This document shows, piece after piece, positions 34,001 to 42,670 of a stretch of DNA of 53,217 bases; the first letter of the stretch is position 1, and each line of letters starts with the position of its first letter. The DNA lies in IMG/VR virus record IMGVR_UViG_3300009548_000009, positions 1 through 53,217 of that record. The stretch is one strand, 5' to 3'. This stretch comes from a virus. Lineage: Duplodnaviria > Caudoviricetes. The notes under the pieces are model-generated. The model did no database searches. It worked only from the letters and a program-made list of their open reading frames with translations, and was not told the origin of the DNA. A program made the position numbers and the translations under genes.

Positions 34001-36881
34001 GAATCCATTTTTTAACGGTAGAAACTATCGCAGTATCAATGCCTTTTGCCCACGTAATTCCGCCCGCTACCCATTGGCTAACTGCTGCGCCTACTCCGCT
34101 AAGACCGCTTGCTGCTCCGCTAAGCGCGCTGGTAAGGGCCCCACCAATACCTCCCATCGCTCCGCTGAGCGCGCTACCTATGCCTCCAGCCGCGCCGCCG
34201 AGCATGCCACCAATTCCACCTAACGCGCCACCAAGCGCGCTAGTGATGCTGCCACCTATTCCGCCGAGCATGCTTTTGATTGCGGTTCCTAAAGCAGAAA
34301 GAGCTTGACCCCAATCAACTTGTTTAAATCCTTGGATCAATGATTGTCCAAATGAAGGCAAAAGAACGAAAAGTAGCTGGAAAATCTGGAGCCAGTTAAC
34401 CATCCTAAACAGTTGAAGCATTGTTTGCAAGAACTGTGCGGCAGAATTGGCAAGCGACTTGAAAAGTCCCGCTATGACGTCGCCCCAGTTGATCCCTGTT
34501 AAGGCTTTTCCAACCCCACCAAATGCTCCACCTATAGTCTTTACGAATCCGCTAACAGCTCCACCCCAATCTACTGACTTAATTGCATTTAGGAGCGCCA
34601 CCCCAATCGGTGACGGTTGGAACATCTTACTAGCGATGCCACCCCAATCAAGATTTATGATGCCTTCGAGCGCGGCTTTCCCTATGGCTAAGCCTATTCT
34701 TGGAAGTAGCTCTATAAGCGCGAGCGCCAGGCCTCCGAGTGCTCCGACCAATTTTGCGAGCACGTTAGGCGCGGCTTTCGTAGCGCCGTCAACCAGTGAT
34801 TTATTCATCCCAGTAGACACGGAAGCAGTTGCTCCGGCCCCTCCTCCGCCGCCTCCGCCGAATAAACCAGTGATAGCGTTAACTAATCCGCTTATAACCT
34901 GATCCCAGTTGATGTTATTGAGCCAGCTTGTTATTTTATCGGCAATATCAGATAATGATGATAAACCACCAAGAATAATTCCACCTATCTGTCCGGCACT
35001 TTCCTTAATAGACTGGATCATCTTGCCAGCCCACTCACCCCAGTTGAAGTGAGTGAGGGCATCTATAGCGCCTTGGAATCCTGTTTTGAGTAGGTCGCCA
35101 GCTTTAGCAAAATTGCCACTCATCAGCGCGCTAGTAAGCTGCCCGACCCATCCAACGATTGATTGGAAGGTAGTTAGAATACCCCCCACCATACTCCGAA
35201 ACGTGCCGGAAGTAGCATATAAAATCGCAAAACCAGCTGCGATGGCGGCAACGATGGCGACTACGGGTAATAGTAAGGGCCCTATCGTGGCTAATAATCC
35301 TACTTCTGCCGTAGTGCCTCCAAGAGCGCCTCCAACAGCGCCTTCTGCCGCCCCCGCTTCGCCTGCCGCAGCGCCTCCACCAAGTCCGACTTTACTGCCG
35401 ATGCTTAGCACCTTTGAGGGCACGCTTGACATGCTCGAGGCGAGGTTTTTAATCTGCGGGACAATCTTTTCAATATCTTTAGGTAGGCTTTTAACGCTCA
35501 TATTAAACTTGCCGAGCACGATGTTGAGCGCACCCATCCCACCTACCAGCCCAACTAACGCCATGCCCACCAACTGTATCGGCATAGGTAAATTAGCAAA
35601 CGCGGCCACTAACGAGGTAATAATAGGTAGTAATGGGGTAATCGCATCTAAGAGGCGTTCCAATAGCGTTATTAACGTTTTCCCTAAAGGTGCAAAGGCG
35701 ACTTCTAATTTGTTTTTAAATTCGGTGAGCCTTTCTGAGAAGGTTTCCATCGCGGTTCCGGCCTTCTCGGTTGCTCCTGAGCTATTTGTGATAGAATTTA
35801 CTAACTCATCATTATCAAGTTTGCCACTCTTAGCTGCTGCCTTAAAGCTCTCCAGATTATTGCCAAGGAACTTTATCTGGTCTGCAGTAAGCTTGCCGTC
35901 CTTTGCTCCCTTAATTAAACCATCAAAGAATTGCTGCGAACTTTCGTGTGCTTTTGATGCTGCTGCCGGAATCTTCTGTATCTCTGATGCTAGTTGTCGG
36001 GCGGGAATTCCAGCGGCAGTGAGCCCAGAAAGCATCGCAATCTGCTGAGGGATAGACTGGCCCATCGCAGTCATCGATGTAGTAGTTTTATTAAATACCA
36101 TACCGATTTGACTTACGGATACGCCCGTTTTCTGGAACGCGACGGTGAACATGTCACTTAGCTGCGGCATCGTCATAAGGGGTTTCTTTGCTCCCTCGAG
36201 TCCGAGATTCGCATCATTTAACGCTTTTGTGAATGTAGTGACATTAGAAGAGGCGCTCGTTCCGGTAGCGATAGAATAATTGATTACCGCTTCTGAAGCT
36301 TTAGTGAGCTCATCGCCGTTCAGTCGGAGAGATTGATTAAGTTGGTCTATAACAGAGGTGACTGTCCCAGCTGATTCGGGGACGTTTGAGTAAACAGAAT
36401 TCCAGGATGCTTCTAGTGACGCAAGTTGTGTTCCTTGTGCGCCAGTCGCCTTCGCCATCTGTGAATACGCCCCATCGACATCTTGAGCACTCTTTACAGC
36501 GAACGCGCCGATAGCTACGGCAGCACCCCCAAGCCCTGCTGCGACAATGTTGCCCAGCCCGCCAAATGCCGCGCCTAAGCCTTTAGCTTTAGAAGCAGCG
36601 CCTTCTGCTTTTGTGCCGAGCTCTTCAGTCGCGGTAGCGGCTTGCTTAGCACCGCTTGAGAATCCTCCAAAAGCAGAAGCGTTTGAGCCAATGGTAGATG
36701 TTAACCCCTTGGCCTTGGATTCTGTTTTATCTAAAGAAGCCCCTAAATTCTCAGCGTCTCCTGCAACGCCTTTAAAAGAAGTAGATAAACCGCTGGTCTC
36801 TGCCTTAACACCAGCTAATTCAGATTTGAGGCCAGAGGTGTTGGCAAGGATTTTAACTTCAAGCGTGTCGAGAAGCGTCAT
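31047..36881 (-). CDS. Tape measure protein
   Basis: 1944 aa, Ala/Gly-rich, 11/22-aa Trp periodicity, C-terminal GG...GEAGPEAVIPL; follows the tail chaperones. Confidence 0.95.
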   Translation of the reverse strand: MTLLDTLEVKILANTSGLKSELAGVKAETSGLSTSFKGVAGDAENLGASLDKTESKAKGLTSTIGSNASAFGGFSSGAKQAATATEELGTKAEGAASKAKGLGAAFGGLGNIVAAGLGGAAVAIGAFAVKSAQDVDGAYSQMAKATGAQGTQLASLEASWNSVYSNVPESAGTVTSVIDQLNQSLRLNGDELTKASEAVINYSIATGTSASSNVTTFTKALNDANLGLEGAKKPLMTMPQLSDMFTVAFQKTGVSVSQIGMVFNKTTTSMTAMGQSIPQQIAMLSGLTAAGIPARQLASEIQKIPAAASKAHESSQQFFDGLIKGAKDGKLTADQIKFLGNNLESFKAAAKSGKLDNDELVNSITNSSGATEKAGTAMETFSERLTEFKNKLEVAFAPLGKTLITLLERLLDAITPLLPIITSLVAAFANLPMPIQLVGMALVGLVGGMGALNIVLGKFNMSVKSLPKDIEKIVPQIKNLASSMSSVPSKVLSIGSKVGLGGGAAAGEAGAAEGAVGGALGGTTAEVGLLATIGPLLLPVVAIVAAIAAGFAILYATSGTFRSMVGGILTTFQSIVGWVGQLTSALMSGNFAKAGDLLKTGFQGAIDALTHFNWGEWAGKMIQSIKESAGQIGGIILGGLSSLSDIADKITSWLNNINWDQVISGLVNAITGLFGGGGGGGAGATASVSTGMNKSLVDGATKAAPNVLAKLVGALGGLALALIELLPRIGLAIGKAALEGIINLDWGGIASKMFQPSPIGVALLNAIKSVDWGGAVSGFVKTIGGAFGGVGKALTGINWGDVIAGLFKSLANSAAQFLQTMLQLFRMVNWLQIFQLLFVLLPSFGQSLIQGFKQVDWGQALSALGTAIKSMLGGIGGSITSALGGALGGIGGMLGGAAGGIGSALSGAMGGIGGALTSALSGAASGLSGVGAAVSQWVAGGITWAKGIDTAIVSTVKKWIQSYIDWAKGIDTAIVSTVKKWIQGYIDWAKGIDTAIVSTVKKWIQSYIDWALGIDKTIVNAVTNFLQGGIDWGIKFLADLASGVTNFLTGGVDWGIKFLADLASGVTNWLTGGVNWGIKAVEDVAKIIENWIGSALTWGGKIADQVVSAVTSWVNGALAWGQQIVQWAQQAAGILLGAQNKGGPTKVSGPTSQPVPSQHSGSGQTLYLSDLTGGCSICNQLMADYPDAKKVQGLSPRGHLSTLADPFPAAGGVIVGAMPRLQGGGRIGGAVGFQYGPSPVPNGYGGCFCPPGYTFVSSDPTCCSCGLCVKNSAVGSMVGAIGLPRLQGGGVVGETSTQQIEAQYGVDALRDWIINQEKKIIPPFYYVGGLQGGGNVGSRVGGTHVIVGEAGESEAIIPAHLWGGDWSTVLNSLPRLAKGGITGTGGFHDTSGTKTEEHTRKTEENTRKIEENTRKLGKHPTQKQIDKYNQEQQLQQWDKSQLGGSKSAYYAPSRTADQEIEYLTAVALNTGETNAQLQKQINLVNTYYPLYGKAASSTIDVKGALEKLAADFATLPGGYKAGGATAATPGAWEDLKTHKWNYQTSDEEVAYLTELAVNTKETAAQLQKQINAAETYYKASGRDTSKISDATTLIAAYGAQTAANTAKAAAETNKNITSLVSTVTSGISSIGDAVFGLMSAQESLKMLPQRFGGVLTNLDYYPPYTSQPEGSGTPQIVTALSGSGTAIGSNSVVSNLQQYGQAQITTNKSIFDSVMNLASTAGSSIMGVISGVSNLTTASTDSATKTGGSINTNGANLVSAVNNNTNSTSNAISNLSSVMGSGGSSGGSSGISGIISGIVDIFKGIFNLVTDISNTIAEQKQPTSGNFSYDGSYYITHSTKAPIDWGKIIGDVGTIFTGIGAVATGAMGMMGMQHGGIITRPTRVLAGEAGPEAVIPLNKVGSFGTQYTINMHVSGDENDAAVKRMADKVVKQIQRNELLQTGWY
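33650..34052 (-). repeat. 66-bp (22-aa) tandem repeats in the tape measure gene
   Basis: WAKGIDTAIVSTVKKWIQ(S/G)YID x3 and DWGIKFLADLASGVTN(F/W)LTGGV x2. Confidence 0.9.
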
Positions 36882-36999
36882 TTATTTATGTACTCTCAAA
36901 TCTTAAAAAGCCGTCAGCTCTGGTAAACATAGATAGATAGCCTAGATTTTAGACGCAGCTTAAGAAGCTGGATCACATGCCTGGAGCCTCTGGTGAAAG

Positions 37000-37652
37000 T
37001 TATCTTGAGCCTTTTTTCGCTTCCCGCTCCATCCTCGCGAGCTCTTCTGCTTGTTCTTCGCCTCTCACGTCGTAATAGACCCGCCACAACATTAGTTCCT
37101 CAGTGGTCATATAGAGCACTTCGCGGACGGTCTTGTGAAGTTCGCCTGCTAAATCAAATATGAACCTCAACCACGTGTTTTGCGAAAATCCTCGCGTGAC
37201 TGTGCCAGTTCAGCCTGTGAAAGCCCTGAAAGGCTGTCTGCTACGTTGCCCAAGAGATCAATAATACCAGGGTGCTTCTGAGCGAGCATGTCGTGGTCTG
37301 CAGCGGTGAACAGCTTTGATCCTGTTGCTGGGTCGAACGCGCACTTGATTACTATTTCAATATTAGACCATTCCTTGACTGCGCTTATAGGCACGCCGTT
37401 CTGGAACTTGATCTGCGCTTTCTGCTGCAACTCTGCCCAATCACCAGCCGTAAGGCTCTTCATGAGCACTTCTGCATCGTCCCACCAGGGCACTTTGACC
37501 AGCTCTTGGCGTCGGTCATTGACGTTCAGGATGCGGTCGCGTAGTGATAATCGTGTAGCTGGCTTTGCGTCGATCTTCTTTTGCTCTTCCATCTTCTTCT
37601 GCTTCTCTGGGCATTCTGGACAATCGTCGTCTTCTACTTTTTTATCTACCAA
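37000..37652 (-). CDS. Tail assembly chaperones G (37167-37652) and G-T via -1 frameshift (to 37000)
   Basis: G GAT TTT at 37185-37191; the -1 frame reads ...RFIFDLAGELHKTVREV...EELMLW.VYY...GSR*. Confidence 0.82.
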
Positions 37653-37680
37653 AGTATATCCAATCCTCCTCTCATTTCCG

Positions 37681-38508
37681 TTAGCCGCTTATAGGGTCAA
37701 GCTCACTGTACCCGATCATATAATATTCATCTCCAGGGTTGTTAGCGCCTAAGCGGTATATCATATGGCCGTCAGCGTCAACTGTGCCCTCAAACTGCAC
37801 CGTTTCTGAAACTACGTCGCCGGTTATTACCTTGATCGCGTCTTCACTAACTTTCGCCCACGCCATCATGCTCGGGAGTGGGTTGATAGAATTCGACCAA
37901 AACTGAGCGACGGTTATAATATCGGTCGTCGGCATCTCAGTAAAGTACTGGTTGTGACCTTTCCCTGTCTTGGCCAAGTGGACATAGATCTGCGTTGCGT
38001 CTCCGCCTGAAGTAAGATCACCATAGACCAGGTCTGGGTTGTAGAAGTTAGTCAGCGTTCCTTTGCAGTCAAGTTGCACCCGCAGTCGTGATACGGTAGT
38101 CGTATTTAGTACGGTCGTATCCACGTTCTTGGAATCAACCGTCAGGTCGTACTCTTTGCAGTTAAGGAACGTTCTTAAGGGCAGATACTTCCCTGCTGAC
38201 ACTCGGACACTAACCCCCGCGCCTACTGCAGATTTGCACGTAATGACCCCGCCTAGTCTATCGAGCGAGTAGTCAGTTACGAGCTTCATGCTGGTCCATG
38301 TGGTAGGGTCTCCCGATCCTCCGTTGTGCTGAACCGTTACTGAATCAAAAGCACTTAGGCATGCCTTTATCGCGGGGCTGCCTGGCCACGTTATATGAAA
38401 CGTCTTCTGATCGACTAATGGGTTTGTAGTTGCTAATGGTGTAGAAATAGCAACAGCGGGAGCACTAAGATATAAAGCTCCCACTGATGCCGCAGTGGCT
38501 CCTGTCAT
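37681..38508 (-). CDS. Tail tube protein paralog with inserted domain
   Basis: Shares MTGAT, TVD.KNVD.T.L, RL....D.K.TLT.FY and KVI.GDV with 38549-39037. Confidence 0.75.
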   Translation of the reverse strand: MTGATAASVGALYLSAPAVAISTPLATTNPLVDQKTFHITWPGSPAIKACLSAFDSVTVQHNGGSGDPTTWTSMKLVTDYSLDRLGGVITCKSAVGAGVSVRVSAGKYLPLRTFLNCKEYDLTVDSKNVDTTVLNTTTVSRLRVQLDCKGTLTNFYNPDLVYGDLTSGGDATQIYVHLAKTGKGHNQYFTEMPTTDIITVAQFWSNSINPLPSMMAWAKVSEDAIKVITGDVVSETVQFEGTVDADGHMIYRLGANNPGDEYYMIGYSELDPISG

Positions 38509-38548
38509 TTATGTTTCACCTCCGTTTTCGTGGCTCATACGCGCACGA

Positions 38549-39037
38549 TCACGCGCCGGTGAGTTGTGCTATAGGCCCGTTGCCTTCTACCTGGATCGTG
38601 ATTTGGTCCACATCTCCGGCGATCACTTTGGTAGCGATCTCAGATGGTAGGACACACTGCTTCCATCCGACACTATCTGAACCAGTAGGCTCAAACATCA
38701 TCATAAGTGGTGCAGTCACAGGGGTCGCTGCTAATCCAAGAAGCCACGTCCAGAGCACGTCTTGACCGTTCGTATCCGTTTCATCGTAGAAGCCAGTCAA
38801 CGTGTACTTCGTATCGACAATCACGTGTAGTCTCGCGACCGCTGTTAATCCTAGTGTCGTAACATCAACGTTTTTACCGTCAACAGTTCCGTCTGCTTCT
38901 TTTAGGCTCATAACTTCATACCACGTAGAGGGATCAGTCAACGTTCCTTCTGTTCCCCAACTTGGCACGTCTGTGTTGCTGTAGGTCCCAACGCCTATCA
39001 GAACCTTACCTAAATAGCCTGGTGTTGCTCCAGTCAT
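38549..39037 (-). CDS. Major tail tube protein
   Basis: VDVTTLG motif, beta-rich 162 aa, canonical position. Confidence 0.8.
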   Translation of the reverse strand: MTGATPGYLGKVLIGVGTYSNTDVPSWGTEGTLTDPSTWYEVMSLKEADGTVDGKNVDVTTLGLTAVARLHVIVDTKYTLTGFYDETDTNGQDVLWTWLLGLAATPVTAPLMMMFEPTGSDSVGWKQCVLPSEIATKVIAGDVDQITIQVEGNGPIAQLTGA

Positions 39038-39040
39038 TTT

Positions 39041-39370
39041 TTACATTTCCTCCGATTTTATGCCTTTGTCCTTCTTTTTAAAGGACATTGGCGCATCTGC
39101 CTCTGGCGTCTCTGTTGGTGCTTCTGCAAGCTGCGCCTTTGGCCCTTCTATTTCTATCACCTGTCCGCCCACTACAGAGAATTTTCTCTCTTGTTTCAGG
39201 AAGTCAACAACGACGTATTCTCCATCATAAACCTGGAATTTAACTGTAGTCTGAGCTACGTCTCCGAATCCTCTATACGAACGGTCAGTTATATCGTCAC
39301 GCCCTTCCTTCCCTACTTTAAAAAGATGAAGAGGGGGGGCTGTGATTGGCACTTCTAGATCTACTTTCAT
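39041..39370 (-). CDS. Hypothetical protein in the tail module
   Basis: Position between the terminator and tube genes. Confidence 0.65.
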   Translation of the reverse strand: MKVDLEVPITAPPLHLFKVGKEGRDDITDRSYRGFGDVAQTTVKFQVYDGEYVVVDFLKQERKFSVVGGQVIEIEGPKAQLAEAPTETPEADAPMSFKKKDKGIKSEEM

Positions 39371-39384
39371 TTTTCTTCTAAATC

Positions 39385-39906
39385 CTACGCTTCCTGCGCT
39401 ATAATTCGATATGTGGCCACCAATCGCCTGATCCCTTTTTCTGGATCGGGTATCGGTAGAGGGCCGGTTATTTCGTGAACCATCGCAAAGTTTACATTGT
39501 CATATGAGAGGGGATGTGGGTTTGCTGTGGACTCTGATAATATCGCAGTAATTTGGCTGAATATGTTGCTTGTCTCGCTTTCGCCTGGTTGGGCGCTGTA
39601 AACGCTTATGTCCCATAGCATATTCTTTCCCATACGCCCAAAGGTTTCGAAGTGCGTTGCGCTAACCTCGTCAAACACTATGTAAGGGAGTAAAGCGTTT
39701 GGGGCGGCTTCATAATTCCACACCCCTGCGCTGCCATCCTCTTGCGCTGTGAGCTCAATAATTCCTGCATCTTCTGAAAGCAGAGATTGTATCGCAGTCT
39801 GGGTTGCCCATGTCAGCATGTTAGCATACACTTTTGTCACGACCGGCTGGTTAGCAGATCCTCCTCCAGATGGTGTTACGTCAGGCATTTTTACAATCCA
39901 CCCCAC
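39385..39906 (-). CDS. Tail terminator/completion protein (DUF3168-like; start probably MPDV at 39888)
   Basis: AP.ALLPYIVF...ISVYS...I..IL pattern and position. Confidence 0.75.
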   Translation of the reverse strand: MGWIVKMPDVTPSGGGSANQPVVTKVYANMLTWATQTAIQSLLSEDAGIIELTAQEDGSAGVWNYEAAPNALLPYIVFDEVSATHFETFGRMGKNMLWDISVYSAQPGESETSNIFSQITAILSESTANPHPLSYDNVNFAMVHEITGPLPIPDPEKGIRRLVATYRIIAQEA

Positions 39907-40319
39907 AGTTCCTTGATCTGTTTAGCAATCTTCTCATTTACGCTTGCATCATGCATTACTTCCTCTATCGCTGGTCGCAGATACGGTTGGGCAGCCATCT
40001 TGCGAGTTCCCATCTCTACGTACGTCGCATACACTACCCCATCACCTGTCTTCTGCCCCCAATCACCTGGGCCTCCTGCTACAACGTGTGCGCTACCAAG
40101 AGTCGCGCTACCGGCCTCACCGTGTTCGACTCGAATGGATTTCTTTAGAGCTCCAGTCATAACGGGGACTTTCTCTTTCGCCTTTGCTACTACCGCCTCT
40201 GCAATGTCCAATGTGGTCTTGGATGAGAGCGCACCACTCGATACGCCGGTGAACATCTTTGTGAGTTTTATGTCAAGCTTGTCGAGGCCAAGAACAGTCG
40301 TTTTGATGCTGTTTGCCAT
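39891..40319 (-). CDS. HK97 gp10-like neck protein
   Basis: VPVMTGALKKSI and YATYVEMGTRKMAAQPYLRPA. Confidence 0.9.
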   Translation of the reverse strand: MANSIKTTVLGLDKLDIKLTKMFTGVSSGALSSKTTLDIAEAVVAKAKEKVPVMTGALKKSIRVEHGEAGSATLGSAHVVAGGPGDWGQKTGDGVVYATYVEMGTRKMAAQPYLRPAIEEVMHDASVNEKIAKQIKELWGGL

Positions 40320-40727
40320 TTAGAACTGCTCCTCGTCCTGGCCTGCTCCGATAATTCCTGGCTCAAATTCCTTGCAACTGACTTCGAGGTGATGGTTCAT
40401 CATAACGGGATTCTCTAGACCTAAGACTGCCACAATATGCGTGCGTCCTTCTTTGGTTATGGTTAACCTGTCACCCCGTTGAACATCTGAATCTGGGTAG
40501 GTGAAGAACGTATGCGTTATGCCTGCCACGCCCTTTGCTCCTCGCTCCTCTTCATTCATTCGTGGTACTGGGATTAACACCCCTTGTAATTCTGTATCCA
40601 CTTCTGTCCAGTCTACCGTAAAGCCGCCTGCTCCGTCTGCTATAAGGGTTTTGCGTTCCTGTAGAAACGTGTCCTTGAGCAACCAGGATGAAAGGGATTG
40701 TGCTGGGTATCCGCTGAATCGTGGCAT
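40320..40727 (-). CDS. Head closure protein (SPP1 gp16-like)
   Basis: DGAGG...W, DVQRGDR and HHLEV.C motifs. Confidence 0.82.
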   Translation of the reverse strand: MPRFSGYPAQSLSSWLLKDTFLQERKTLIADGAGGFTVDWTEVDTELQGVLIPVPRMNEEERGAKGVAGITHTFFTYPDSDVQRGDRLTITKEGRTHIVAVLGLENPVMMNHHLEVSCKEFEPGIIGAGQDEEQF

Positions 40728-40736
40728 TTCTTTGTC

Positions 40737-42005
40737 TTATACTACCCCTGCTGCCGTCTGCACGTAAATTAAATAAACGTCAATCGAACCCGTGGTTGGG
40801 CCGTTAGTTGCAGCGGTATAGTAGCCATTAACGACCGTCTGTGCTGCGTAAAACTTGACTCTCTTCGTAGTGCTGTATAGGTCAGCACCCAGATCTCCTG
40901 CGGCTTCGCCGGTTACTGCGGCAGCCGTCAGCGTTGGGGATGTGATTATCTTAGCCCCGTTACCACCACCAGTATATCCTACCGTTAAAGAGGGCGTGGG
41001 TGTGTCGCCGTTGAACGTGGCTGTGCATACTGCTATCGCCTGAAGCAAAATTGCCCCAGCGGGTAGCGTGCCGATTGCCTGCGTAGCACCGCCGTTAAAG
41101 GTTACGGTTCCTTTGATTTGTTTGACGGTTCCAGTTCCGAGTTGTGAACCTGCTATTGCTGCGGTTGATGATAACTGCGTACCTGCTATTGCTGCACTCG
41201 CTGACAGCTGTGTTCCTGCTATCGCTGCGCTTGCTGATAATTGCGAACCAGTAATGCCTGCCGTCGCTGAAAGTTGCGAGCCTGCTATCGCTGCGTTTGA
41301 CGCTAACTGCGTTCCTGCGATAGCTGCGCTTGCTGATAGTTGCGAGCCTAAAATCCCTGCAGTATCGCTTAATGACGCGTGCGTAAACGTCTTAGGAACC
41401 GTCACTGACTCAGTAACTGCAGTCGAGGCAAGTTTTGCATTCGTTACTGCTCCCGCTGCTATCATTCCAGCCGTTATTGAGAGTGGGTCTATCCCAAGAC
41501 CGTTCTCAGTCTCTCTTGAAATTGACGGGAAGAAATATACATCTCCGTTTGCTCCTGAAGATGACTTGCTTGCCACTACACCAACAGGCTGTTGCATCGT
41601 GCCTGCTGTAGTCGGCGCGGTAAAGGTAATTCCACCTGCAGTACTCAAGTATGCAATATCTCCAACCGTTCGGGCAGACGTGTCCATGAACCGCACCATA
41701 GCGATGCCGTTAACATAGCCGTCGGCTCCGTCGGCGATATCGCTAAGCACGACAAACTGCGCTTGTTTCGTAGCATCAGTGTTATCTGCAGCCGCGATTG
41801 TCGGATAGTTTGAATTGTAATAAAATCCGTTTATGTAGACGAGCATTCCCTTAGTTAAGGGGCTGCCTGTCGCGTTATGCACCGGAACGCAAACCGCGTT
41901 TACCGGCTTGACAAGAAGCGAACCTGTCGCTTCGTCGATTAGGTCTCCGGCCTGTATTGCGTTGCCACTGGATGTCCTAAGTTGATTAACACCTACCCAT
42001 TGCAT
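40737..42005 (-). CDS. Virion fibre/decoration protein with seven 11-aa repeats
   Basis: NATGSPLTKG..VYI and GDIAYLSTAG.IT.TAP cement-like domain; AAIAG(T/S)QLSAS repeats at about 41135-41360. Confidence 0.7.
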   Translation of the reverse strand: MQWVGVNQLRTSSGNAIQAGDLIDEATGSLLVKPVNAVCVPVHNATGSPLTKGMLVYINGFYYNSNYPTIAAADNTDATKQAQFVVLSDIADGADGYVNGIAMVRFMDTSARTVGDIAYLSTAGGITFTAPTTAGTMQQPVGVVASKSSSGANGDVYFFPSISRETENGLGIDPLSITAGMIAAGAVTNAKLASTAVTESVTVPKTFTHASLSDTAGILGSQLSASAAIAGTQLASNAAIAGSQLSATAGITGSQLSASAAIAGTQLSASAAIAGTQLSSTAAIAGSQLGTGTVKQIKGTVTFNGGATQAIGTLPAGAILLQAIAVCTATFNGDTPTPSLTVGYTGGGNGAKIITSPTLTAAAVTGEAAGDLGADLYSTTKRVKFYAAQTVVNGYYTAATNGPTTGSIDVYLIYVQTAAGVV

Positions 42006-42050
42006 GGGCCTACCTCCTCCTTCGTTTTCTTTAGTTAGTCGATTAGTTGA

Positions 42051-42218
42051 TTAGTTAGTGCTAGTGTTTGTTTTTTCGAGCCGCGCGAGTCTGTTTATTT
42101 CTATCTGATACATATGCGCCGTAGTCCCGCAACCAATTTCCGCGATCGCAGTATCCATCGCGGTTATTGCAGCAGCGATGTCTGATTTTTTCGTCATAAT
42201 AGGATCCTTTTCAGCCAT
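42051..42218 (-). CDS. 55-aa hypothetical protein (not in ORF track)
   Basis: MAEKDPIMTKKSDIAAAIT...; fills the gap in the head operon. Confidence 0.45.
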   Translation of the reverse strand: MAEKDPIMTKKSDIAAAITAMDTAIAEIGCGTTAHMYQIEINRLARLEKTNTSTN

Positions 42219-42263
42219 TATCTTCTTACTCGTGTTATCAAAAAATTTAGGGAGTTATTCGGC

Positions 42264-42650
42264 TTACCACGTCCTGTCGCTCCACATCCCTACGCGTATC
42301 TGCCTTGGTGTGGGCTGCTCGTCTTCCTGAGGCTCCGTTCCTCCGAAGTAAGGCACTGCCTGGCGGACTGCCATTTCCTTCAGCTCTTTGCTAAGCTGGA
42401 GGAAGTGTTCATACCGTTGCTGGTATGCCCCACCCCACATGCCTACCTTTTCCTCGGTAGAAGGTGCGAACCGAGCAGCGAGGGCGTTAGCTGCTACCCC
42501 CGCCGCCCAAAACGGATTAGAGTACGTCGTAGTGATAGAGCTTACCTCTTCATCGCTGAGGAGCTGGTTATTCTCGTCGGTATCGCCGATGTAGAACCTA
42601 ACCTGATCCATTAACGATGTCGTTGGGTCGCCGCTATAACTCCACGTCAT
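42264..42650 (-). CDS. Head-tail adaptor protein
   Basis: WSYSGDP...DQVRFYIGDTD...LLSDEEV; directly after the MCP. Confidence 0.82.
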   Translation of the reverse strand: MTWSYSGDPTTSLMDQVRFYIGDTDENNQLLSDEEVSSITTTYSNPFWAAGVAANALAARFAPSTEEKVGMWGGAYQQRYEHFLQLSKELKEMAVRQAVPYFGGTEPQEDEQPTPRQIRVGMWSDRTW

Positions 42651-42670
42651 TTCTTTTCGCCTTACTCAAA

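Noticed and set aside
36882-36999. Possible tRNA or ncRNA in this intergenic gap and in 23100-23282
   Set aside because: No cloverleaf, T-loop (GTTCRA) or convincing stable structure was seen.
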